From: Fimbriimonadaceae bacterium
GTDB lineage: Bacteria; Armatimonadota; Fimbriimonadia; Fimbriimonadales; Fimbriimonadaceae
NCBI GenBank assembly: GCA_039811705.1
Contig: JBDHZD010000006.1
Span: forward strand, 690-64,689
Reading direction: 5' to 3'
Length of the DNA: 64,000 bases
A program made the position numbers and the translations under genes. Within the stretch, counting starts at the first letter, position 1; each line of letters begins with the position of its first letter. This document shows positions 36,864-45,993 of the stretch, in pieces. The notes beneath the pieces are model-generated. The model ran no database searches. It was not told where the DNA came from and was given only the letters and a program-made list of their open reading frames with translations.

Positions 36864-37832
36864 CTAGCCCCCGGAGGCAGACCACGTTCGGATCAGATCG
36901 CGCACGAAGCGCCCGGATTCGGTCAGTTCCTCGTCCTTCCAGCCGCCCTTGCCCGATGCGCCGGGCTTCAAGGCCGCCGCGCCTTCGACTTTGTCGGCGA
37001 TCGACCAGTTGCAGTGGCTCAGGCGGTTTTCCCGCATGAACGCGACCCACGCCGCCGTGCTCTCGCGGTCGATCGCGCCGTCGCCGTTCGCGTTCACCGT
37101 TCCCCATTCGGTGACCATCAGGGCCAGTCCCGCATCGAGCGCCTTCTGCGCCCGGTTCCGAAGCTCTTGCTTGTGGGTCCCGGCGTAAAAGTGCAACACG
37201 TAGGCGGTGTTCGGGTCGTCCAAGTGCGCCCCGATCACGTCGTCCACATTCTGCGACCACATCGGCGTGCCGGCCACGATCAGGTTGTGCTTGTCGTGGG
37301 CGCGAATGGCCCGGATCACGCGTTCGTGGTAGGGCTTCAACACGTCCTTCCAACTCACGCGCACGGGCTCGTTGTACGTTTCGTAGATGATGTTGGGCTT
37401 GTCGCCGTACTTCTTGGCCAGTTCCCCGAAAAACTCTTCGGCCGCCTCGGGGTACTTTTCGGCGTCGTGCGAGTGCCAGTCGACGATCACGTACAGCCCT
37501 TCCTTGATCGCCGCGTCCACCACGGTCTGGGCCTTCTTCATCTCGGCTTCGGGGTTGGTCAGGTAGCCACCCGAACTCACGGCGATGGCTGCCCGCACGA
37601 CCGTGGCGTTCCAATCCTTCTTCAGCCACGCCACGGTTTCCGCCGTGTAGTACTGGGGCATCCATTGGCTCCAAAACAGGCTCATCCCGGCCAAACTGAC
37701 CGGCCTTCCGTGCTGGCCCACGATGCGGTTGCCCTTGACCTGGAGCCGCCCGTGTTCGGCGACCGGCCCCTTGGCGTCTTGCATGGAACCCCAGGCGGTG
37801 GCGAGGATGACCAGAGCAGCGACGGTCGTCAT
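36864..37832 (-). CDS. GH5 endoglucanase (cellulase)
   Basis: Signal peptide MTTVAALVILATAWG. IYETYNEP (acid/base Glu) and VTEWGT (nucleophile Glu). Confidence 0.85.
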   Translation of the reverse strand: MTTVAALVILATAWGSMQDAKGPVAEHGRLQVKGNRIVGQHGRPVSLAGMSLFWSQWMPQYYTAETVAWLKKDWNATVVRAAIAVSSGGYLTNPEAEMKKAQTVVDAAIKEGLYVIVDWHSHDAEKYPEAAEEFFGELAKKYGDKPNIIYETYNEPVRVSWKDVLKPYHERVIRAIRAHDKHNLIVAGTPMWSQNVDDVIGAHLDDPNTAYVLHFYAGTHKQELRNRAQKALDAGLALMVTEWGTVNANGDGAIDRESTAAWVAFMRENRLSHCNWSIADKVEGAAALKPGASGKGGWKDEELTESGRFVRDLIRTWSASGG

Positions 37833-37882
37833 GCCCCGATCTTAGCCCAAGCCCGCCACCCCGTGCGGTAGGCTGTGCCCAC

Positions 37883-38299
37883 ATGGCTCGCAAGGCATCT
37901 TGGACGGGACTGCTCACGGCGGCGCTTCTGGCGTTCGCCACTCTGGGCACGTTCGCCAACCTGCAATACGCAGGCCCCGAGGGCGCGGTGCGCGAGTTCA
38001 TTCTGGGCGTTGGTCGACGCGACCGAACCGCCGTGGAATCGCACCTTGTTCAAGGCGTCGACGCCCCGACGTCGCAGTTCCTTATCGAACGCACCGGAAT
38101 GCTGCTGGCCAGCAACTACCGCTACGTGGCCGGCCGACGCACCACCATGCAGGGCAACAACACGCTCCTGGAAGGCGCGTTCATCTCTCCTCTGGGCCAG
38201 CCTGCGCCGCTGGTATGGGTTGTGCGACGCGAGGGCCGGAGGTGGCGCATCGACGCCGACGCCACTCTCCAAGTCGTCAGCGGCCGCCCGATGCGCTGA
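37883..38299 (+). CDS. Small secreted hypothetical protein
   Basis: Signal or anchor sequence MARKASWTGLLTAALLAFATLGTFA. 138 aa. Confidence 0.55.
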   Translation: MARKASWTGLLTAALLAFATLGTFANLQYAGPEGAVREFILGVGRRDRTAVESHLVQGVDAPTSQFLIERTGMLLASNYRYVAGRRTTMQGNNTLLEGAFISPLGQPAPLVWVVRREGRRWRIDADATLQVVSGRPMR

Positions 38300-38302
38300 C
38301 GC

Positions 38303-39190
38303 TCAGAACGCCTCGAACCGGACCTTGAAGTACACCGTGAATTGCACGACGGGCTCGACCACAACGGGGTCGATCACCACGTCGAAGATCGAAGCGTCCA
38401 TCGCATCGAAGAACGCCGTCCTCGGCTTGCGGGCCATCTGGACGTTGAAGTTCTGGCGCGAGGCAAGCATCTGCTGGGATTCCTGCGCCACGTACGAGGA
38501 GTACATCGCCGTGGGGTAGTACGTCCCGAACTCCTGAGCGTAGACCTGTTTCGCCTTGCCGAACCTGAGTCCGAGTCCGCTCTCCAACTGCGACACCTTC
38601 TGTTTCACGATCCGCGAGGCCTCCTTCATCAGCCTGGCGCGGACACCCTCGAGGTCGGTGACCACATAGTCCACCATCACTAGATCGAACACTCCCGCCT
38701 TGGACGCCGCCTCGGTGAGCGACTCCAACCGGTCGATCGCGTCGAACCTCACCGAAACCGTCTTCTTGAACTCGAACCCGACGACCACTTCCCTGGCCAG
38801 GTCGCCCGCGACCTCGAACCCATAGATGCGGTTCTGGGAGACGAAGTCGTCCTTCACGTCCTCGAGTCGAACACCCGCTTGGCGAAGATTGGAACGGAAC
38901 GCCTCCAGCGTCTCGGCCATCCGCGTACGCGCCTTCTCCAGATCCTCGCCCTCGACGCTGATGCCGAACACGGCCACGAACGAGTCCGCCTTCACGTTGA
39001 TCATCACGCCCGCGTCGACAAACACGCTCTTGGCGTTGGGAAGTTCGTGCGTCTTCCGCTTGGCCAATTCTTGAGCTCGAGCGGCATCCGAAGCCGTCTC
39101 CCTTCCAAACGTGGCCGCCCCACCTCCGACCTGAGCGATCGACGCGAGAGCGGAGCAAACAACGAGAAGCACGAGAAAGGCCTTCAGCAT
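38303..39190 (-). CDS. Secreted protein, SIMPL/DUF541-like
   Basis: Signal peptide MLKAFLVLLVVCSALASIAQV. The alternating strand/helix pattern is consistent with SIMPL proteins. Weak call. Confidence 0.55.
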   Translation of the reverse strand: MLKAFLVLLVVCSALASIAQVGGGAATFGRETASDAARAQELAKRKTHELPNAKSVFVDAGVMINVKADSFVAVFGISVEGEDLEKARTRMAETLEAFRSNLRQAGVRLEDVKDDFVSQNRIYGFEVAGDLAREVVVGFEFKKTVSVRFDAIDRLESLTEAASKAGVFDLVMVDYVVTDLEGVRARLMKEASRIVKQKVSQLESGLGLRFGKAKQVYAQEFGTYYPTAMYSSYVAQESQQMLASRQNFNVQMARKPRTAFFDAMDASIFDVVIDPVVVEPVVQFTVYFKVRFEAF

Positions 39191-39255
39191 GGGTTACCTC
39201 AGACCATCAGACGACGCGCCGCCGCAGTCAAGAAACAGGCCCGGCCAACAATGCC

Positions 39256-40707
39256 TCAGGCTTCCGCCGAAACGGGGTCCGGCGAAGCAATCCCGGACAA
39301 CAGCTGCTCCACCACGTCCTTGGCCGTATACGAGGTCTGACCGCGCGCGATGAAGCGGCTCAAGTTCGCCACGTCGTCGCCCGAAGTCAAGATCGGCACC
39401 TCTTCGTAGCCGCCCTTGCGGCGCTGACCCAGCCCGATGGTCGCCAGCAGGCCGTTGCACACACACTTGCGGCCCGCCGTCTCGGCAGGGTCGCCACCCT
39501 TGGCCAGAAAGTCCTCGATGGGTTCGGACGCGCACCGGTAGCCGATGGACCCGTCGTCCTTGCGATAGGCCTCGCGCAGGTAGCCCAAGTCGCAGATGCG
39601 CTCGCGCTGCTCGTAGACGGTGTTTTCCGACATCGTGCCCGCCATCTGAAGCACCTTGAATGGAAACCCCGTGGGCGAAGCCAAAGGGTCGGTGTGGACG
39701 CGGGCCGCGCCCTCCAGTGCCGCGCGGATGACCCGCGCCTTCAATTCGGGATCGATGCCGGACTCTTCGCTGAAGGCGAACGGTGTGCCCACCTGAACGC
39801 CCTGCGCACCCTCTTCGATGGCCTCGCGCAACTTGCCGCCGCTGCCATAGGAGCCAGCCAGCCAGAACGGCATGCCGAGTTCGCGGAACTGGGCCAAGTC
39901 GGGAATGTCGCGCGGGCCGTACACGGGCTCGCCTGTCTCGCTCAGGACCATCGTGCCCCGTGGAGGCGCGTTGTGTCCGCCCGCCGTCGCACCCTCGATC
40001 ACAAAGCCATCGGGCGGAACCGCCGACTTCTTGGCCAAATTGTTCGCCAGGATATGCGATGTGACGATGGCAAGGAACTGAGGACGTTTGGGAGCCTGCG
40101 CCCCGGGAGCCATGTATTCCTCAGGTACGAACCGGTTGGTGTACGTTTCGTTCGACGACGCGCCAGCAACGTAGATGGGCAGTTCGGTCGGCTCAAGCGC
40201 CGCCATGCGGTCCAGCGCTCCCGGAATCGCGCGGGGAATACCCGCACCCATCAAGACGAAGTCGACCCCCGCCAGCATCGCCCCGAACAACGAGGGCAAG
40301 GTGGGCAACTGGATCTTTTCGAGCAAGTTCACACCGACCAACCCGGAGTGGCCGCGCTTGGCCAGAAACACCTCGACGAAATTGGCCACGACAAGGAGTT
40401 CGACCAACGCTTTCGGAGGCACCAAAGCCGGCACCGGCTTCGACTTGAACGGCTTGTCGGGGTCCTTGCCCCCTTGGACGAAGTACCGCTCGTAGATGCG
40501 GGCCGCCATGTCCTTGATCGGAAAGTGCTCGAGCGCCTCGCGCATGTGGTTGCCGGGGTCGCCGATCTGGAGCCGACGAACAAGGACCGTGTCGATCCCC
40601 GTGCCGGAGACGACGCCCATTTGCCCCAACATGGAAACCGTTCGCGCCAGATTCCAGTTGGAGACGGCGACGCCCATGCCGCCTTGAATGATTCGGGGAT
40701 AGACCAT
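39256..40707 (-). CDS. Nitronate monooxygenase / FabK-like FMN oxidoreductase
   Basis: MVYPRIIQGGMGVAVSNWNLARTVS, IEGATAGGHN. I trimmed off the 25-aa extension. Confidence 0.85.
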   Translation of the reverse strand: MVYPRIIQGGMGVAVSNWNLARTVSMLGQMGVVSGTGIDTVLVRRLQIGDPGNHMREALEHFPIKDMAARIYERYFVQGGKDPDKPFKSKPVPALVPPKALVELLVVANFVEVFLAKRGHSGLVGVNLLEKIQLPTLPSLFGAMLAGVDFVLMGAGIPRAIPGALDRMAALEPTELPIYVAGASSNETYTNRFVPEEYMAPGAQAPKRPQFLAIVTSHILANNLAKKSAVPPDGFVIEGATAGGHNAPPRGTMVLSETGEPVYGPRDIPDLAQFRELGMPFWLAGSYGSGGKLREAIEEGAQGVQVGTPFAFSEESGIDPELKARVIRAALEGAARVHTDPLASPTGFPFKVLQMAGTMSENTVYEQRERICDLGYLREAYRKDDGSIGYRCASEPIEDFLAKGGDPAETAGRKCVCNGLLATIGLGQRRKGGYEEVPILTSGDDVANLSRFIARGQTSYTAKDVVEQLLSGIASPDPVSAEA

Positions 40708-40888
40708 GCTGAGAAAAAACGCCCAAGGGCGAAGCGTGCGACCGGGCGGTGCTTCACACGCACCTGACCCATCACACCCCATTATCTACGGATCAATGAG
40801 TCAGACGGTGCGTCTTGGCATGAAAATGCTTGGATTCTCGCGATTTCTGTACGTTTGAGGTCCCGACATCCGACACACGGCCGTTACA

Positions 40889-41578
40889 ATGGTCGCTGTG
40901 CTGCCCTTCCTGATCGCCGCCTCGCTCGTCGCCGCGACCTTCGTCGAAGACCGAGAATACACGTTCATGCACTTCCTGGTGCATCCCCAGCGCCCCCAAC
41001 TGCCCGCCGACAAAGCCCAGAAGGTGCAGGCCGAACACCTCGAGAACCTCGGCACGCTGGGACGCTCGGGCAAGCTGATCGCAGCCGGACCGATGGAGAA
41101 CGCCGGCCGCATCCGCGGCATCTGCATCCTGGTCGTCCCGCCTGACGAGGTGCGCACGCTCATGGCCAAAGACGCCACGGTCCGCGAAAACCTCCTCATC
41201 GTCGAAACCCTGCGCTGGAAGGCCCCGGTCGGCTTCACGGGCAAAGCCAAAGAGCCGATGGAACTCACCCAAGCGGGGCTGGCCTACTTCAACAAAGGCC
41301 CCCGATGGGAGACGCTGCTGCCCGCGGCGAGCGAAGCCCTTTGGAAAGAGCACGAGGCGTTCTGCGCCAGCCTGGCGTCCGAAGGCAAGGTCCTCGTCCG
41401 CGGCCCCGTTCTCGACGAGCACCACCGACGCGAGATCCTGATCTGCCGCAGCGACAACGCCGCCGAGGTGGAAGCAATGCTCGCGGCCAGTCCAGCCGTC
41501 AAAGGAGGGCTGCTTTCGGTCGAGGCGTACCGCTGGTGGTACGGCAAGGGCACGCTGCCCGCGAAAGACGGCGACTGA
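40889..41578 (+). CDS. Tandem YciI-like domain protein with N-terminal signal/anchor
   Basis: Two repeats: HLENLGTLGRSGKLIAAGP and HEAFCASLASEGKVLVRGP. Confidence 0.6.
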   Translation: MVAVLPFLIAASLVAATFVEDREYTFMHFLVHPQRPQLPADKAQKVQAEHLENLGTLGRSGKLIAAGPMENAGRIRGICILVVPPDEVRTLMAKDATVRENLLIVETLRWKAPVGFTGKAKEPMELTQAGLAYFNKGPRWETLLPAASEALWKEHEAFCASLASEGKVLVRGPVLDEHHRREILICRSDNAAEVEAMLAASPAVKGGLLSVEAYRWWYGKGTLPAKDGD

Positions 41579-41584
41579 CCCCCC

Positions 41585-42589
41585 TCAGAAGTCCTTCGAC
41601 CGCATCAGCAAGATCAGGGAGGGCGCACCCAGCAGGGCCGTCACTGCACCCACGGGCATGTCCACCACGGCCTTCACCTGCTGCGCCAGCACATCGGCCA
41701 GCAACAGCAGCGCGCCGCCCACAAGCCCCGAACCCAACAGCGAGTACCGCCAGTCCACACCCAGCAAACGGCGCGAGATATGGGGGGCCACCAAGCCCAG
41801 AAAGCCGATGATGCCCACGGAACCGACCGCCGCCGCGGTCATCACGCTCCCCGCGCCAAGGATCACCCGCTTTAGCCGGGCCGTATCCACACCCAGGCGC
41901 TGAGCCGTCTCCTCCCCGATGGCGAACGCGTTCAGCCGCCGAGTCTCGCGCGCCAGCGCCCAGCCCCCGAACACTAGGACCAAAGCGAGAACGGCGTTCT
42001 GAGGCCAGTACGCGGCCGACGTGCTCCCCAAAAGCCAACGCAACACCTGGTTGGTGTCCTTCCCAGCGGCCAACAGCATCAGCGTGGTCAGGGCCGAGAG
42101 CATCGCGCCCACCACCACGCCCGCCAGCAACAGCGTCCGTACGTCCACCACGCCGCGCCGCACCGAAAGCGCATACACCAAAGCGAGCGAGGCCGCCCCC
42201 GTCAGCGAAGCCGCCGCGACCATGCCCAACCCCCAAAACGCCGTCTGGAAACCGAGCAACACCGCCGCAACGCCGCCCACCGCGGCACCCGAGGACACGC
42301 CGACGATGTACGGTTCGGCCAAGGGGTTGCGGAACAAAGCCTGAAACGCCGACCCGACCAAGCCCAGAATCGCGCCCACGGTCAGGCACGCCACGGCGCG
42401 GGGCAGGCGAACGCGCCAGATCACGCTGTTGACGGCATCGTGCCCGCCGGCATCGCCCCGAAAGAGCTGCCGCACGACGTCGGCGAACGAAAGGTCGAAC
42501 GCGCTGCCCACCTTCACATGGACCACGAGGCACGCGAACACCAAGCACGCCAGGGCCAGCGTCAGAGTCTTCGCGGAGGAGCGGGGCAC
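41585..42589 (-). CDS. FecCD-family iron-chelate ABC permease
   Basis: 334 aa, about 9-10 TM segments, with ILGAGSVMTAAAVGSVGIIGFLGLVAPHISRRL signature. Confidence 0.9.
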   Translation of the reverse strand: MPRSSAKTLTLALACLVFACLVVHVKVGSAFDLSFADVVRQLFRGDAGGHDAVNSVIWRVRLPRAVACLTVGAILGLVGSAFQALFRNPLAEPYIVGVSSGAAVGGVAAVLLGFQTAFWGLGMVAAASLTGAASLALVYALSVRRGVVDVRTLLLAGVVVGAMLSALTTLMLLAAGKDTNQVLRWLLGSTSAAYWPQNAVLALVLVFGGWALARETRRLNAFAIGEETAQRLGVDTARLKRVILGAGSVMTAAAVGSVGIIGFLGLVAPHISRRLLGVDWRYSLLGSGLVGGALLLLADVLAQQVKAVVDMPVGAVTALLGAPSLILLMRSKDF

Positions 42590-42633
42590 GGGCTGATTAT
42601 GGATGAGGGACCGCGAAGTAAAATCCCCAGCCA

Positions 42634-43935
42634 GTGACCGCCTCCCCTGGACCTCGCCACGACGCCATCGGCATCGGGTTGCTCGGCTTCGGCACCGTCG
42701 GCGTCGGCGCGTACCGGATGCTCGCCGACAACCGGGACGCCATCGTCCGCAAGATCGGTCGGGAGTTCGAGGTCGTCAGGATCGGCATCCGCGACGCCGC
42801 CAAGCCCCGCATCGCCGACGCCTCCCTGCTCACCACCGAACTCGAACAAGTGGTGGACGACCCGCGCGTGTCCATCGTCGTCGAGGTCATGGGAGGCCTG
42901 GACCCCGCCGGTCCGCTCATCGAACGCGCGTTGCGCAACGGCAAGCACGTGGTCACGGCCAACAAAGAACTCCTGGCCAAACACGGAGCGGCGCTGATCA
43001 ACCTGGCCGCCCAGCAAGGCCTGGACCTCCACTTCGAAGCGGCCGTCGGCGGCGGCATCCCGCTCATCCAGCCGCTGCGCCACCAACTCTCGGGCAACGA
43101 CGTGCTGAAGATGATGGGCATCCTCAACGGCACGACCAACTTCATCCTCACCAAAATGGCCGAGGAGGGCCGCGACCTCGAGGACGTTCTGGCCGAAGCC
43201 CAACGCCTGGGCTACGCCGAAGCCGATCCGACCTCCGACGTGGACGGCTACGACGCGCAGTACAAACTCGCGATCCTGGCCTCGCTGGCCTATGCCAAGG
43301 AAGTGCCCGTCGAAGGCGTGTTCCGCGAAGGCATCCGGGGCGTCTCCAAGCGCGATATGCAGTTCGCCGACGTGCTCGGCTACCGCATCAAACTGGTCGG
43401 CGTGGTCGAGGCGTTGCCGGGAGAGCGCATCCTGGCCCGGGTCCACCCGACCCTGCTCAAGAAGGACCACCCCCTCGCCCGGGTGGACGACGTGTACAAC
43501 GCCCTTTGGCTGCGCGGCGACTTCGTCGGCGATGTGATGTTCACCGGTCGCGGCGCGGGCGCGGAAGCCACGGGCTCCGCCATCGTGGGCGACATCATGG
43601 ACGTGTGCCGCAACATCCACTTGGGAGGCGCGGGCAACAGCGTCCCGCTCGAAGGGGTGGCGCAACTGGCACCCATCGCAGAAACCAAAACGCGCTACTT
43701 CGTGAGGCTGGTCATCCAAGACCGGCCCAAAGCGCTGGGGTGCATCGCCACGGTGTTCGGCAACTGCAACGTCTCGCTGGCCGCGATGGAGATGCGCGGC
43801 CTTGAACGCGGACTGGGCGAAATCGTGTTCCTGACCCACGAATGCCGCGAATCCGCGATCCAGCTGGCGCTGAAAGCGATGCGCAACATCCACATCGTCG
43901 AGAACGTGTGCAGCGTGCTGCGGGTCGAGCACTAG
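42634..43935 (+). CDS. hom: Homoserine dehydrogenase
   Basis: IGIGLLGFGTVGVG, VTANKELLAKHG, C-terminal ACT domain. Confidence 0.9.
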   Translation: MTASPGPRHDAIGIGLLGFGTVGVGAYRMLADNRDAIVRKIGREFEVVRIGIRDAAKPRIADASLLTTELEQVVDDPRVSIVVEVMGGLDPAGPLIERALRNGKHVVTANKELLAKHGAALINLAAQQGLDLHFEAAVGGGIPLIQPLRHQLSGNDVLKMMGILNGTTNFILTKMAEEGRDLEDVLAEAQRLGYAEADPTSDVDGYDAQYKLAILASLAYAKEVPVEGVFREGIRGVSKRDMQFADVLGYRIKLVGVVEALPGERILARVHPTLLKKDHPLARVDDVYNALWLRGDFVGDVMFTGRGAGAEATGSAIVGDIMDVCRNIHLGGAGNSVPLEGVAQLAPIAETKTRYFVRLVIQDRPKALGCIATVFGNCNVSLAAMEMRGLERGLGEIVFLTHECRESAIQLALKAMRNIHIVENVCSVLRVEH

Positions 43936-44007
43936 GCTTTGGGGTAAGGGTTGTCTAGGCGAGCACGGTCTCCGTGTCCCCCTTGACATCCGCCATCATC
44001 CGACTCA

Positions 44008-44204
44008 GGGGTGCCACGGTCTGCGCGGGTCAGGGTCTGTCGTCCACCGTCGCCCCGGAACCCGCCAGACCGTGATCCGAGGAAGCCAAGCACGGCCTGC
44101 CGGTCATGCAAGGCGACATAGGGGCAGATCGATCGGGCCCGGACAGGCCGTGGCACCCCGGTCTTAGTCTCGCTACGGGGTGCCACCAGACCAGGTGGAG
44201 CACC
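44008..44204 (+). ncRNA. Candidate structured RNA or cis-regulatory leader (unclassified)
   Basis: A 16-bp closing helix pairs 44008-44023 with 44144-44159 and includes one G.U pair. At least four nested helices lie inside it. A third copy of GGGGTGCCAC at 44177 can pair alternatively with 44150-44159. The G.U pairs work only on the plus strand. Confidence 0.4.
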
Positions 44205-44260
44205 GGTTCGCCACATCCAAACTACTCCAAGGTGAAGGCCGCAAGCCATAATGAGCCCTC

Positions 44261-45226
44261 ATGGCCGTCCTCGAAGTCCGCGATCTCGAAGTGTCGTTCG
44301 GGCCGATCAAGATTCTGCGCGGCGTCTCGTTCGACCTCGAGGCGGGACGAACGCTCGGCATCGTCGGTGAATCCGGTTGCGGCAAGTCGATGACCGGATT
44401 CGCGGTCATGGGCATGCTCATCCCGCCGGGACGCGTGTCGGCGGGCTCGATCAAGCTGGCTGGCGAGGAACTCGTGGGCAAGTCGCCCAAGGCCATGGAA
44501 TCCGTGCGCGGCAAGCGCATCGCCCTCGTGATGCAGGACCCCTTCACCTCGCTCAACCCCATGATGCGCGTGGGCGACCAGATCGCCGAAGTGCTCATCC
44601 TGCATCAGAAGATGGCCCGAGACGCGGCGCGCAAGCGCGCCGTCGAACTGCTCGACCAAGTCGGCGTGCCCGCCCCCGAGTCCTCTGCGGGCAAGTATCC
44701 GCACCAGATGTCCGGCGGCCAGCGGCAGAGGGTGGTCATCGCGATGGCCTTCGCGTGCAAACCCGAGGTGCTTATCGCCGACGAGCCGACCACGGCGCTC
44801 GACGTCACGCTTCAAGCCCAGATCCTGCGTCTGATCCGCGAACTCAAGGAGAAGGAAGGGACGGCTGTGATGATGATTTCGCACGACATCGGCGTCATCG
44901 GCTCGCTGGCTTCGCGCATCGCCGTATTCTATGCAGGCAAGATCGTGGAGACCGGACCCTCGAAGGAAGTGCTGTTCAACCCGGTGCACCCGTACACGCG
45001 GGCGCTCTTGGAGGCCCTGCCGCGAGCAGGGGCCGAGCGGTTGGAGTCGATCCCCGGTCAGCCGCCCGACTTTGCGAAGTTGCCCCCTGGATGTGCCTTC
45101 GAACCCCGCTGCAAACACCGCATCGACCCATGCCTCCAAGACCCCGGTTTGGAGTCCGACGAAACCGGCCGGTCAGCGGCTTGCTGGCGACGAAACGACC
45201 TTTCCGCCAATCTGAAGGTCCTGTGA
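44261..45226 (+). CDS. Oligopeptide/dipeptide-type ABC transporter ATP-binding protein (OppD/DppD-like)
   Basis: GESGCGKS Walker A, MSGGQRQRV signature, C-terminal HPYTRALLEALP oligopeptide-type extension. Confidence 0.9.
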   Translation: MAVLEVRDLEVSFGPIKILRGVSFDLEAGRTLGIVGESGCGKSMTGFAVMGMLIPPGRVSAGSIKLAGEELVGKSPKAMESVRGKRIALVMQDPFTSLNPMMRVGDQIAEVLILHQKMARDAARKRAVELLDQVGVPAPESSAGKYPHQMSGGQRQRVVIAMAFACKPEVLIADEPTTALDVTLQAQILRLIRELKEKEGTAVMMISHDIGVIGSLASRIAVFYAGKIVETGPSKEVLFNPVHPYTRALLEALPRAGAERLESIPGQPPDFAKLPPGCAFEPRCKHRIDPCLQDPGLESDETGRSAACWRRNDLSANLKVL

Positions 45227-45239
45227 TACAATCCCGGAC

Positions 45240-45914
45240 GTGATCGCCGCCCTGCTCGGAACCGCACTCTTGGCCCAGACGGCGGGCCAACCCGTGCCCA
45301 CGGTAGACGTCGAGGCACGCGTGCCCGGCAAGGCCTCGGTCTGGCTCGCCGGAAGCAGTCCCTCGGCGATTGCGGGATGGTACTTGGACACGAGCGGCAC
45401 GCGCCGCTACGATCAGATGCCCAACTGCGGCCCGACGAAAGTCGCCCTGCGTCCGGGAATGACGTCTTTCACCGTGGTGTCCGCACGGGGCGAGGTGCGA
45501 ATCGCCGACGAAGTTGGCCTCGAGTCCTACGGCCCCGAAGGCGACCTCCGGCAGTCGGTCATGCGCAATCGGGACCAATCGTTCCGGGGTCCGATCGCCG
45601 AAGTCGCCGCGCCGATGGGCGGCCTGATGGGCGTCTACTTGCCCGAGGTCAGCGCCGACCACCCCGCCGACCAGTCGAACTGGCAAGTCGCCAGAGTCGC
45701 CATCGGCCAGAAGACCGTGGCGCCAAGGCTCTACGTTCCGTTCTACATCGGCATCGGTCGCACCTCGGACAACACGCCGGTCGTGTTCAACGTGCCCAAG
45801 GGCGCCGCCACGCTCTATCTGGGCGTGATGGGTCAGGTTGCGTGGGCCAAACACGAAGGGCAGTACGACGTGGTGCTGAAGTTCGAGACGCCCAAGCGTC
45901 CCCCGCGCGGGTGA
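45240..45914 (+). CDS. Hypothetical secreted protein (possibly PA-IL/LecA-like beta-sandwich)
   Basis: GTG start. Short hydrophobic N-terminus IAALLGTALLAQTAG. GLMGVYLPE...FYIGIG...ATLYLGVMG pattern. Weak family call. Confidence 0.5.
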   Translation: MIAALLGTALLAQTAGQPVPTVDVEARVPGKASVWLAGSSPSAIAGWYLDTSGTRRYDQMPNCGPTKVALRPGMTSFTVVSARGEVRIADEVGLESYGPEGDLRQSVMRNRDQSFRGPIAEVAAPMGGLMGVYLPEVSADHPADQSNWQVARVAIGQKTVAPRLYVPFYIGIGRTSDNTPVVFNVPKGAATLYLGVMGQVAWAKHEGQYDVVLKFETPKRPPRG

Positions 45915-45993
45915 CCCCACGAATTCGGGTTCGATTCAGGTTCGCGGGAACCAAGATGGTGGTATCCTTTAGGTCGCGCAACCGCGCGTCCTG

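Noticed and set aside
42562-43989. 475-aa minus-strand ORF opposite hom
   Set aside because: It is antisense to homoserine dehydrogenase and has no recognisable domains. I applied the same reasoning to 60656..62110 and 59792..60640 (opposite lon), 54484..56106 (opposite TPR-GT2), 45787..46854 and 47240..48337 (opposite the sugar-nucleotide genes), 14132..15127 (opposite metY) and 48286..49596.
44060-44105. Possible SRP (4.5S) RNA or ykkC/cobalamin riboswitch similarity (TCCGAGGAAGCCAAGCACGG)
   Set aside because: It lacks the GNRA tetraloop and AGCA loop arrangement of SRP domain IV. It also lacks the GCCACTG / B12-box, ACGR and GGGA elements of the riboswitches I compared from memory. I kept it only as part of the unclassified structured element.
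45925-45950. GGGTTCGATTC T-loop-like sequence, considered as a possible tRNA remnant
   Set aside because: The flanking bases cannot form a T stem or an acceptor stem.
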